This document shows, piece by piece, positions 57,473-64,000 of a DNA stretch of 64,000 nt. Position 1 is the stretch's first letter; each line of letters starts with the position of its first letter. Under the pieces are notes generated by a model that worked only from the letters and a program-made list of their open reading frames with translations, ran no database searches and had not been told where the DNA came from. Source of the stretch: a virus (lineage: Duplodnaviria; Caudoviricetes); IMG/VR virus record IMGVR_UViG_3300030620_000004, positions 22,187-86,186 of that record; one strand, 5' to 3'. A program made the translations under genes and the position numbers.

Positions 57473-57880
57473 TCACTCGCGGTAGCGTTCGGAGCAAATC
57501 TCCTCAGACTCCAAATCTTCCCCCGTGTCCCAATCGGTCATCTGGAGCATCTCGTGCATGATGCGGTCGTGCTCAGGATGGTGCACACAGGCCCCACCTC
57601 GCTTCCAGTCGACCGTCCGAATGCGGTGCGGGTAATGTGGCAGGCCGCACTTGCAGACGCTCCAATGCTCGTGCTTGAGCTTGCGAGCCCGGCACTTCGG
57701 CCGCCGTGGGTGACACCCCTCCACGTGGTTCAAGCGCTCGTGCTTCAGCCCTTTGAGCACACCGCACTTCTTCGGCCAGTCCACTCCGCCACGCCAGCGG
57801 AGTTTCGCGCCCTGCTTCGTGCCAGCCATGGCTTCACGGGAGGGCTGCCATGCGCTCAATGTTGAGAGCAACCGCTTCAA
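57473..57880 (-). CDS. Cys/His-rich hypothetical protein (start uncertain)
   Basis: CKCG..PHR..C..H. Confidence 0.45.
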   Translation of the reverse strand: MKRLLSTLSAWQPSREAMAGTKQGAKLRWRGGVDWPKKCGVLKGLKHERLNHVEGCHPRRPKCRARKLKHEHWSVCKCGLPHYPHRIRTVDWKRGGACVHHPEHDRIMHEMLQMTDWDTGEDLESEEICSERYRE

Positions 57881-58115
57881 TCTGAGAGAGCTTGCCCTTC
57901 TCTATCGCGAAGTCCCGCATGCTTCTGGCGCAGCTCAAGGCTTCCTCCAGCTGCACTTCGTCGGGGCTCCCCCCTTCGCGAATCCTCCGCAAGTTGATCC
58001 AGAACTCCACCACGAACGAAGCCACCGGGTCACGCCCAAGCAGAATGAACATCGGCTCATCGGGCGCTGCGTTGACGTAGCAGTCGAACTTACCCGGCGT
58101 GTTCTTGGTTCCCAT
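57834..58115 (-). CDS. Conserved small phage protein
   Basis: GKFDCY..APDEPMFILLGRDPVA, a motif I recall from many phages. Confidence 0.65.
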   Translation of the reverse strand: MGTKNTPGKFDCYVNAAPDEPMFILLGRDPVASFVVEFWINLRRIREGGSPDEVQLEEALSCARSMRDFAIEKGKLSQIEAVALNIERMAALP

Positions 58116-58383
58116 CGTCTTGCGCTTTCTCATGCTCGCCCGGGTCGAACCGGTAATCGCACGCCTTGCAGTGGATCGAGTCCGTGTAGGTCTCGTCCCA
58201 ATTAGAGTCGCCGTAGTGCTCGTGTGCGTCGTCCTCGCCAAGCAAGAACTGCGAAGCCGCCCAGTCCCAGACCTTGAGACTCCCAGCCGGCGTCAGGTCA
58301 ACACCGCAGCTCGGACACTGGTCTGGAATGACGACCTCGGCTTCCTTCCAGGTCGGCTCGGAGATGGTTAGCGTTCTCGGCAT
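58090..58383 (-). CDS. Small zinc-finger-like protein
   Basis: CPSCG and CKACD. Confidence 0.55.
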   Translation of the reverse strand: MPRTLTISEPTWKEAEVVIPDQCPSCGVDLTPAGSLKVWDWAASQFLLGEDDAHEHYGDSNWDETYTDSIHCKACDYRFDPGEHEKAQDDGNQEHAG

Positions 58384-58486
58384 GCCTGTATCATCGCGCG
58401 AGCAAACTCGCGTACGGTGCCCCATTGGTCGACAAGCCACAACACCGCGAGCGGCGCGTCGTGCTTCCAATCGCCGCAGAGATGCA

Positions 58487-58950
58487 TCAGAGATTGTCCT
58501 TGCCGAGGTTCAGCTCCTCGGGCGGTGCCAACAGGCGCACGCGAGCATCAGTGATGACGACCTGCCCACGGTGCACGTCTCGAAACCACCCCTTGATGTC
58601 CGGGAACACGAACCGCCCCTCGGCTGTGAACTCGTGCGTCGTGTAGACCGGCGCTCGCATCCAGCCGCGCTTGATGAGCCAGTGGAGCCACCTCAGGTGC
58701 GAGACCTTCCAATGGTCCCACCACGTTGCTGGCCAGCTCAGCCGCTCGCGGTAGGTCTGACGCCCGGACCCGAGGATGCAACTGCGCAGCTCGAACACCA
58801 GCCCACGCCCAAGCAGGTCGAGCTGGTCGCGCAACCGGACCTCGGTCATGACCAGCTCGTGCTGGCTTAACTCCTGAGCAACCGAGAACCGCACCACTTC
58901 GAGGCACTGCTCGCGAAGTAGCACCGGGTCCAGCTCAGCCTTCACAAGAA
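58487..58950 (-). CDS. Hypothetical protein (start uncertain)
   Basis: 3' part of track ORF 58487-59095. Confidence 0.5.
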
Positions 58951-59286
58951 CCTCGCAAGCAAGAACAAGGCGACAGCTGCGAGCAGCACCACGTTCAACG
59001 CGAACGACCACATCCCACCCCGGACATAGCGTCGCAGCTCGATGACGTCGACCTTCACGCCCACAGGGAAGTGGCGCGAGATTGCAGCCTTCCACTCTTC
59101 AGCGGTCGGCTCGGTGCGGAGCGTTGCCAAGTAGTACACCTGGACCGACGGCGCGCCAAGCCGCTCGCGCAAGAGCACCCGCACTGCCAAGTCTTCCTCG
59201 AGCCCGTACCTGATGCTCGACAGCGTGCCGTGCCGCACGCCGAGCGAAACCCGCTGCACGAACACGTCGCTCTGCTGTTTGCCCAT
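58942..59286 (-). CDS. Hypothetical protein with a C-terminal TM segment
   Basis: Start MGKQQS; WSFALNVVLLAAVALFLL. Confidence 0.55.
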   Translation of the reverse strand: MGKQQSDVFVQRVSLGVRHGTLSSIRYGLEEDLAVRVLLRERLGAPSVQVYYLATLRTEPTAEEWKAAISRHFPVGVKVDVIELRRYVRGGMWSFALNVVLLAAVALFLLARFL

Positions 59287-59302
59287 GTCCTGATGATGCC
59301 GC

Positions 59303-59322
59303 ATGGAATCCCGGGATTCCAT
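59303..59322. repeat. Dispersed palindrome copy 9
   Basis: ATGGAATCCCGGGATTCCAT, 16 bp upstream of the ATG at 59286. Confidence 0.95.
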
Positions 59323-59386
59323 TGCCAATCGCAAAGCCCAGGCCTCGCGGGCTCGGTCGCCGGGGGGTAAAGGGGTTCGCATAGCT

Positions 59387-59671
59387 TCACTCGAAAGCGC
59401 GAAGCGCCCGTCGCAGCTCGTCGGGAACGACCTCGATGATGATGGGCCCAATCTTCAGACCCACATTCTCAAGCGCCATGATGCGACCCCGCGGGTCTGC
59501 TTGCTCGTCGCCTGCGCTGAACACGATGAGCTCCACCATTGGGTCCTCATCACCCAGCTCGTTCAGCTCAGCGAGCGCTCGCGCCCACTGCCCGTTCTCG
59601 TCGACGACGATCCGCAGCATCCTGCCAAACAGCCTCTCCAGGTGAACCCGACCCTTGACCGCGACTCTCAT
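59387..59671 (-). CDS. Hypothetical protein
   Basis: ATGA-coupled. Confidence 0.5.
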   Translation of the reverse strand: MRVAVKGRVHLERLFGRMLRIVVDENGQWARALAELNELGDEDPMVELIVFSAGDEQADPRGRIMALENVGLKIGPIIIEVVPDELRRALRAFE

Positions 59672-60093
59672 AGTGGTTGCCTCGCGTGTTCCTTGCATTC
59701 CTCGAGCAGTGCTGTGATGCGCTGGCACAGCGCTTCCTCCACAGGCCCGCGAGTGTCGAACACAGTCTCGAACAGCGTCGAGACTTCCTTGCTCAGCATC
59801 CGCAAGAGCCGGGACACCGCCCGCACTTCCTCGAGCACGTCGCCGATTGAGCCATTGGGCATGCCGAGCGTGTCGTACATCTGGCTTAACACGGCGCTCC
59901 ACGCCTGAGAGTTGCCAGGGTACTCGCGAGTCTGTGGCGAATGAAAGGCCCCTTCTGCGTGCAGCCGGTCCAGGTGGAAGATCAACGATTGGAGAGTGTG
60001 TTGAGGCTCAGCCGCGTGAAACCCGTCCCGGCGTGCCATCTCGTAGGCGACCCTTTCGATGACCTCGCTCGGCTTGTCGTCGAGCACACTCAT
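59668..60093 (-). CDS. Hypothetical protein
   Basis: ATGA-coupled. Confidence 0.55.
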   Translation of the reverse strand: MSVLDDKPSEVIERVAYEMARRDGFHAAEPQHTLQSLIFHLDRLHAEGAFHSPQTREYPGNSQAWSAVLSQMYDTLGMPNGSIGDVLEEVRAVSRLLRMLSKEVSTLFETVFDTRGPVEEALCQRITALLEECKEHARQPL

Positions 60094-60296
60094 AGCCCCG
60101 CCTTGGCGAACATCCAAGCGTCGCCCGTGGCGAGCACGTACCGCCACCCGCATTGCAACATCGCACTGAGCAAGTCAGCCCGCTCCCGCATCAACAGGCT
60201 GTTAACCCGCAAGTATGCGACCCGCCCATCCTCAGAAGTCGAGGCAATCCTGCGGTGTCCGCAGACCTCGAGCGCAAAGCCAACATCGTTTGCCAT
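60090..60296 (-). CDS. Hypothetical protein
   Basis: Coupled to the next gene. Confidence 0.5.
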   Translation of the reverse strand: MANDVGFALEVCGHRRIASTSEDGRVAYLRVNSLLMRERADLLSAMLQCGWRYVLATGDAWMFAKAGL

Positions 60297-60328
60297 GGCC
60301 CATCATGCCGCAGGAACACTCACTCGGG

Positions 60329-60514
60329 TCACTTCTCAGGCGCAAGCCATCGCAGGGGCTCGTCGCGCTTCGTGTTCTCAGCTGCCTTGGCATGCACCCA
60401 GCAACACGGCTTCCCCTTGAACTCGAAGTGCGCGGGCTCGCCGCACTGCTTGTCTCGATGATGGTCGGCAATGCAGATTGCCACGCAGAGCTCGCTTGTG
60501 GTGAGTGTGGGCAT
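60329..60514 (-). CDS. Small Cys/His-rich protein
   Basis: C..C..HH..C..H..CC..H. Confidence 0.45.
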   Translation of the reverse strand: MPTLTTSELCVAICIADHHRDKQCGEPAHFEFKGKPCCWVHAKAAENTKRDEPLRWLAPEK

Positions 60515-60579
60515 GCCCCATCATGCCGCCTAGTAGGCTCCGTCGCGCGAGTCGTTGGGCACGACTCGAAGACCTGCCG

Positions 60580-61116
60580 TCAGGTCTTGTCCTTCCACGA
60601 GATCAAGTACTGGTTCGCCGCGTTGTTCGCCGCGTTCGCGACCACGTTGAGCACAGCCGCTCCAATCGTGAAGTCCGCCAGCGCACGCTCGCTCAACACG
60701 CCTGCCGTGTTCACCAGCACCGACACGAGCTCGTCGCCCACTGCCAGCACCGGCACCGCAATGACCGGCGTCATCGTCTCGTCGACGCCCGGCACGACGT
60801 CGTCGTGGTCAATGCCCGTCGCCAACTCGGACCCACCCACGGCACCCGCTGCAATCGCAGGCGCTGTCACGGCGTTGGCTTCGAGCTCGCTCGGCCCGAT
60901 GCCGGGCGTCAAGAGCTGCCCGAGAAAGGCGTTGTCGAAGTTCCCCGTCTGATTCACCGGCGTGATCGACAAACTCGGCGACGACGACCCGAGCGCACTC
61001 TCGACCTGCGCCACTGTCGCGTTCACCACGATACCCTGCCCAGCCTTGAGGATACCGCTCATCGGGTACGGCAGAGAAAGGGGAGATGCGGTGCGGTTCT
61101 TGATTGCGGTCGCCAT
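60580..61116 (-). CDS. Virion structural-like protein (decoration/cement-like)
   Basis: Ala/Val/Gly/Asn-rich; start MATAIKN. Confidence 0.5.
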   Translation of the reverse strand: MATAIKNRTASPLSLPYPMSGILKAGQGIVVNATVAQVESALGSSSPSLSITPVNQTGNFDNAFLGQLLTPGIGPSELEANAVTAPAIAAGAVGGSELATGIDHDDVVPGVDETMTPVIAVPVLAVGDELVSVLVNTAGVLSERALADFTIGAAVLNVVANAANNAANQYLISWKDKT

Positions 61117-61124
61117 GGGCGTGA

Positions 61125-61153
61125 AGCCTACCCGCACCTCGCATCGGCTGCAA
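61125..61153 (-). promoter_or_regulatory. Sigma70-like promoter, probably leaderless
   Basis: TTGCAG-17 nt-TAGGCT, 8 nt before the ATG at 61116. Confidence 0.6.
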
Positions 61154-61162
61154 GACCCAATC

Positions 61163-61196
61163 GTCGGCAATGGAAACCCGGGTTTCCATTGCCGAC
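61163..61196. repeat. Dispersed palindrome copy 10 (core 61170-61189; perfect 34 bp)
   Basis: GTCGGCA-ATGGAAACCCGGGTTTCCAT-TGCCGAC. Confidence 0.95.
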
Positions 61197-61199
61197 CCT

Positions 61200-61565
61200 T
61201 CACTCCCAAGGCAGCTTCAGCTGGTTTCGATGGCGGTCATCATGCAGGCGCGAAAACATGCGCCTGCAATTCTCCCGCCCCGTACACGGTTCAAGGTGCG
61301 CCCAGCGCACGCACCGCCGGTTGCGGCAAGTATGGTCGACCTCGAGCTCGCCAAGATCACCGAAGAAGAGAATCGCCATGATGCGGTGCGCACTCGCGTG
61401 CACCCGTTTCCCTGCCGTCGTCTTCACCGTCACGTGCGAGTAGCCCTTCGCAGTGCCGCCCATCCACACCAGACACTCCCCCTTCCGCCTGAGCCGTCTG
61501 AAGATGCGCGGCAACAAGCGGCTCTGCACGTAGTCGTCGTCAATCTCGTGTTCACCGTAGCGCAT
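61200..61565 (-). CDS. HNH endonuclease (HNH_3-like)
   Basis: CLVWMG..GYS..AHRI..VDHTCRNRRCV..HLEPCTGREN. Confidence 0.88.
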   Translation of the reverse strand: MRYGEHEIDDDYVQSRLLPRIFRRLRRKGECLVWMGGTAKGYSHVTVKTTAGKRVHASAHRIMAILFFGDLGELEVDHTCRNRRCVRWAHLEPCTGRENCRRMFSRLHDDRHRNQLKLPWE

Positions 61566-61903
61566 CAGCGCATCTCCAAGATGTCCTTGGCGGCAGTGCG
61601 AACACCAGGGCTTGGGTCGGCAACGAGAGTGCGAAGCTCATCGTCAATCGAGTCGCCTTCATGCTGCGCTAAGCCATAGACGGCACCCTCCCGAACCAGT
61701 GCCGACTCGTGCTTGAGTAGAGCAAGCAACGCAGGAACGACAACCTCGGAAGGCAAGTGCTGTCCTGCAACCTCAGCCGCATACGTCAAGAGAACAGGGT
61801 CTGGTTCAACACTGAGCATGGCGATGAGGCGCTCAGGTGCTTCCTTTGCCAAGCACTCGAAAACCGCTTGGCTGTGATGTTGAACCGAATCGTCGAGGGC
61901 CAT
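61565..61903 (-). CDS. HEAT-repeat protein
   Basis: VPALLALLKHESALVREGAVYGL and DPSPGVRTAAKDIL. Confidence 0.8.
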   Translation of the reverse strand: MALDDSVQHHSQAVFECLAKEAPERLIAMLSVEPDPVLLTYAAEVAGQHLPSEVVVPALLALLKHESALVREGAVYGLAQHEGDSIDDELRTLVADPSPGVRTAAKDILEMR

Positions 61904-61921
61904 GCCCTACAATGCCGCGCC

Positions 61922-62320
61922 CTAGTTGGGCAGCGTCAGCAGCTTGAAGACGGCGTTTGCCGCTGGCCGCGTGGTAACCTGCAAGTACACGTTGCCGCGT
62001 GGGCAGGGAACCCGCACCGTCACCGCCGAACCGCCGCTCCCAATGGGTCCAGACGGCCCCACAATCTGCCCAACGTCGACGTCGAAGGCGTTGCCCACCT
62101 GATACCACTTGCGCTCCGCTGCGGGCTTCTGCTCGTCGACGTCGTCGAGACCCCACAACTGCACAGTGCCGGTCTGCCCCGCCGTGCCCTCCAACGCGAC
62201 TGCGACGAAGTGAGCATCGTTGCGGAACACGCTCGACGACGGCACCGTGGCCGGAGTCGTACGGGGGTTGACGTCGGCAGCTGCGCCACCGGTGCTGTTG
62301 ATGAGGTGTGCGAACTTCAT
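61922..62320 (-). CDS. Hypothetical beta-rich protein
   Basis: Start MKFAHLIN. Confidence 0.55.
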   Translation of the reverse strand: MKFAHLINSTGGAAADVNPRTTPATVPSSSVFRNDAHFVAVALEGTAGQTGTVQLWGLDDVDEQKPAAERKWYQVGNAFDVDVGQIVGPSGPIGSGGSAVTVRVPCPRGNVYLQVTTRPAANAVFKLLTLPN

Positions 62321-62385
62321 GCGCCCAAGCGTATCAGCCGTCGTCGGGTTCCTCAAGCGGGATGGTGCGAGCCTTCGCGCGCCAC

Positions 62386-63222
62386 TTACCGACGTCCCCC
62401 AAGGATATCGGCTTCACCGACGATGAGCTTGCGGTACTGCACCCACCCATCGAAGTTGCTCATGAAGCGCATCCGCTCCTCCTCCTCGCTCGTCATCGGC
62501 CGCGCCACGTGCTCGAAGGGACTCATGTGCCCGGCTTCGAGCAACCGGTCGTGCAACGCAATGTCCGCCTCTGGGTTCCGCTTGCCGTCGTGGGTCAGAT
62601 AGCTGACGCGAGCACAGCGCCCGACGCTCATCTTGACGATGTTCTCGGAGCGCCATTCTTGCAGTTCATCTGGCGTCGTCAACGGCAAGTGCCACTCGTC
62701 CTGGGCAAGCAGCCTCGGCGCACTCGCCACCATCGCATCGCGCATGAGCACAGCCACCTTGCGGATGTCGGGATGTGCAGCTGCGTGGCACCGCAAGTGG
62801 AAGAAGTTGCTCCACTCCGTCGACGACACGATGACAGTGTGCCAGAGGAAGGGCTCGAGCAGGCGATTGGTCAGTTGCTTGTGCACACCGCAGTCGAGCA
62901 AACGCTGGGCTTGGTCGACCGCCGCATAGAGTGCCTGCAACCAGACGGCCTCGGCCTTCGACGCCTCGCGTGGGTCGAGCAGCTGCTCTGCCTGCATACC
63001 CTTCTGGTTCTGGCCCCACTCGCTCGGCACGTACGGGTGCTCGCACACCATGGCCAGCATCCGCTCGACGGGGATAGCCCTCGACGATGCGGAGTTGCGC
63101 GAGAACACGCGGTGCGTGTTGAACTCGGCAAGGACGATGCGAGGGAAGGTCACTTCGAGCGTCGTCAGGCGAACCCCAGCGGGGCTGATGCTATCGGCAA
63201 GGATGCGGGCTGCGTGGGTCAT
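62386..63222 (-). CDS. thyX: FAD-dependent thymidylate synthase
   Basis: EFNTHRVFSRNSASSR (xHRx7S); NRLLEP; EWSNFFHLR; CARVSY; HMSPFEH. Confidence 0.92.
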   Translation of the reverse strand: MTHAARILADSISPAGVRLTTLEVTFPRIVLAEFNTHRVFSRNSASSRAIPVERMLAMVCEHPYVPSEWGQNQKGMQAEQLLDPREASKAEAVWLQALYAAVDQAQRLLDCGVHKQLTNRLLEPFLWHTVIVSSTEWSNFFHLRCHAAAHPDIRKVAVLMRDAMVASAPRLLAQDEWHLPLTTPDELQEWRSENIVKMSVGRCARVSYLTHDGKRNPEADIALHDRLLEAGHMSPFEHVARPMTSEEEERMRFMSNFDGWVQYRKLIVGEADILGGRR

Positions 63223-63378
63223 GCCCCATCATAGCGTCAGCACCTTTCGGTTCGCCGACGATGCCCTCTTCACCCGGCAGTTGCGTACCCGGCATGAGCT
63301 CGCGTCGCGATTGTACGCTCAGGCTCGCCCACCCCTCAGGTAGCGACGCTTCACCGGGGTCGGGCGGCCTGCTCAACT

Positions 63379-63588
63379 TCATACTCGCTTCACCTCGACC
63401 GAACCGCAAACGTTGCCATAGATGTCGCGCAATTGGTCGTCGGCTTCGGGCGCTTTGCACAACGCCGGACGTCGTGACAGTTGAGCGCTCACCTTGCGCG
63501 GAACACTCTCGAGCACAGCAGCAATCTCCCCGAAGTACGGCAGCTCGAACTCGATATGCACCTTCAGCACGGCAGAACCTCGGCGCAC
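63379..63588 (-). CDS. Hypothetical protein
   Basis: Small ORF packed in the operon. Confidence 0.45.
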   Translation of the reverse strand: MRRGSAVLKVHIEFELPYFGEIAAVLESVPRKVSAQLSRRPALCKAPEADDQLRDIYGNVCGSVEVKRV

Positions 63589-63776
63589 CCTGCAAAGCAG
63601 TTCGCGACGCCGTCTTCGCGCGTCACCCAGTGCGCGCCATGCGAGACCCCGCCGTCAACGTGATCGTAGGTGTACTGCCTGCCGTCCACCGCCCGAAAGC
63701 GCCGCCCCTTGCGGAGCGTATCGATGCGCACGCGCTGTTCCGCAGACCACTCAGCATCCGGGCTCCACCGCGTCAC
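63564..63776 (-). CDS. Hypothetical protein
   Basis: Small ORF 14 bp downstream of palindrome 11. Confidence 0.45.
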   Translation of the reverse strand: MTRWSPDAEWSAEQRVRIDTLRKGRRFRAVDGRQYTYDHVDGGVSHGAHWVTREDGVANCFAGCAEVLPC

Positions 63777-63790
63777 TCGAACCCTCGCGA

Positions 63791-63810
63791 ATGGAATCCC
63801 GGGTTTCCAT
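63791..63810. repeat. Dispersed palindrome copy 11
   Basis: ATGGAATCCCGGGTTTCCAT. Confidence 0.95.
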
Positions 63811-63850
63811 GAATCGCAGAGGCCCCGCCATCAGGAGGGGAAACCTGGAC

Positions 63851-63961
63851 GGGGCCGCTGCAGAGTGCATCGGCGCAAGTTCTACAGCGGAATGGGAATG
63901 GGCTGCGTTCGCCCAGCGCTCTAGATGCCCTGCTTCAATGGGGCCGCTGTAGAACTTGCGC
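63851..63961 (-). CRISPR. Single-spacer mini-array built from split type I-G (I-U)-like repeat halves
   Basis: Minus strand: GCGCAAGTTCTACAGCGG-CCCCATTGAAGC / 36-37-nt spacer (63895-63931) / CATT-CCGCTGTAGAACTTGCGC-CGATGCAC-TCTGCAGCGG-CCCC. No cas genes in the window. Confidence 0.75.
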
Positions 63962-63969
63962 ACAACCCC

Positions 63970-63975
63970 ATCATA
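63970..63975 (-). promoter_or_regulatory. Putative -10 element for the mini-array transcript
   Basis: TATGAT followed by GGGG, 8 nt before the first arm. The same TATGATGGGG precedes thyX. Confidence 0.5.
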
Positions 63976-64000
63976 CCTCACCGTCACTCATCAGGCAGGT

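Noticed and set aside
4311-63810. 20-bp palindromes as CRISPR repeats (ATGGAAAC resembles some repeat ends)
   Set aside because: Copies are kilobases apart, fully self-complementary and lack spacers.
41-63952. Many long plus-strand ORFs (for example 302-1042, 6987-8315, 29829-31787, 38006-39526)
   Set aside because: They are antisense shadows of motif-bearing minus-strand genes in high-GC DNA, with Arg-rich, motif-free translations.
1-64000. tRNA/rRNA genes, terminase, integrase, cas genes
   Set aside because: None recognised by eye; tRNAscan and HMM searches would be needed to exclude them.

Overview
This window is a 64-kb slice of a GC-rich tailed phage (or prophage) genome with a contractile, myovirus-like tail. 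Nearly every gene is on the minus strand, so most long plus-strand ORFs in the track are antisense shadows. In window order it contains: (1) a replication/early block at 1-11.7 kb (family B DNA polymerase cut by the window edge, DUF3102-like protein, sigma-70-like factor, DUF932-like protein, two small HTH proteins, DnaG-like primase, DnaB-like helicase, SF2 helicase); (2) a morphogenesis block at 11.9-43 kb (holin-like genes, two paralogous tail proteins, baseplate, tape measure, tail chaperone with a -1 frameshift, tube, sheath, neck, N4-gp56-like major capsid, scaffold, Mu-F-like minor head protein, portal); (3) a papain-like protease, a Cys-rich lipoprotein and large fibre/LamG virion proteins at 43.7-51.5 kb; (4) an accessory region of small genes at 51.5-64 kb (HAD phosphatase, MT-A70 methyltransferase, lytic transglycosylase, HNH, HEAT-repeat protein, ThyX). 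I saw no terminase, integrase or cas gene. A Myxococcota-type host is only an inference from GC content, Cys-rich lipoproteins and a Fis-type HTH. The most notable non-coding features are a single-spacer, split (circularly permuted) type I-G-like CRISPR repeat unit with its own predicted promoter at 63.85-63.97 kb; an 11-copy dispersed 20-bp palindrome (ATGGAAWCCCGGGWTTCCAT), often just upstream of predicted leaderless promoters; and several G/C-run repeat islands. All protein family calls come from motif recognition by eye, not database searches.
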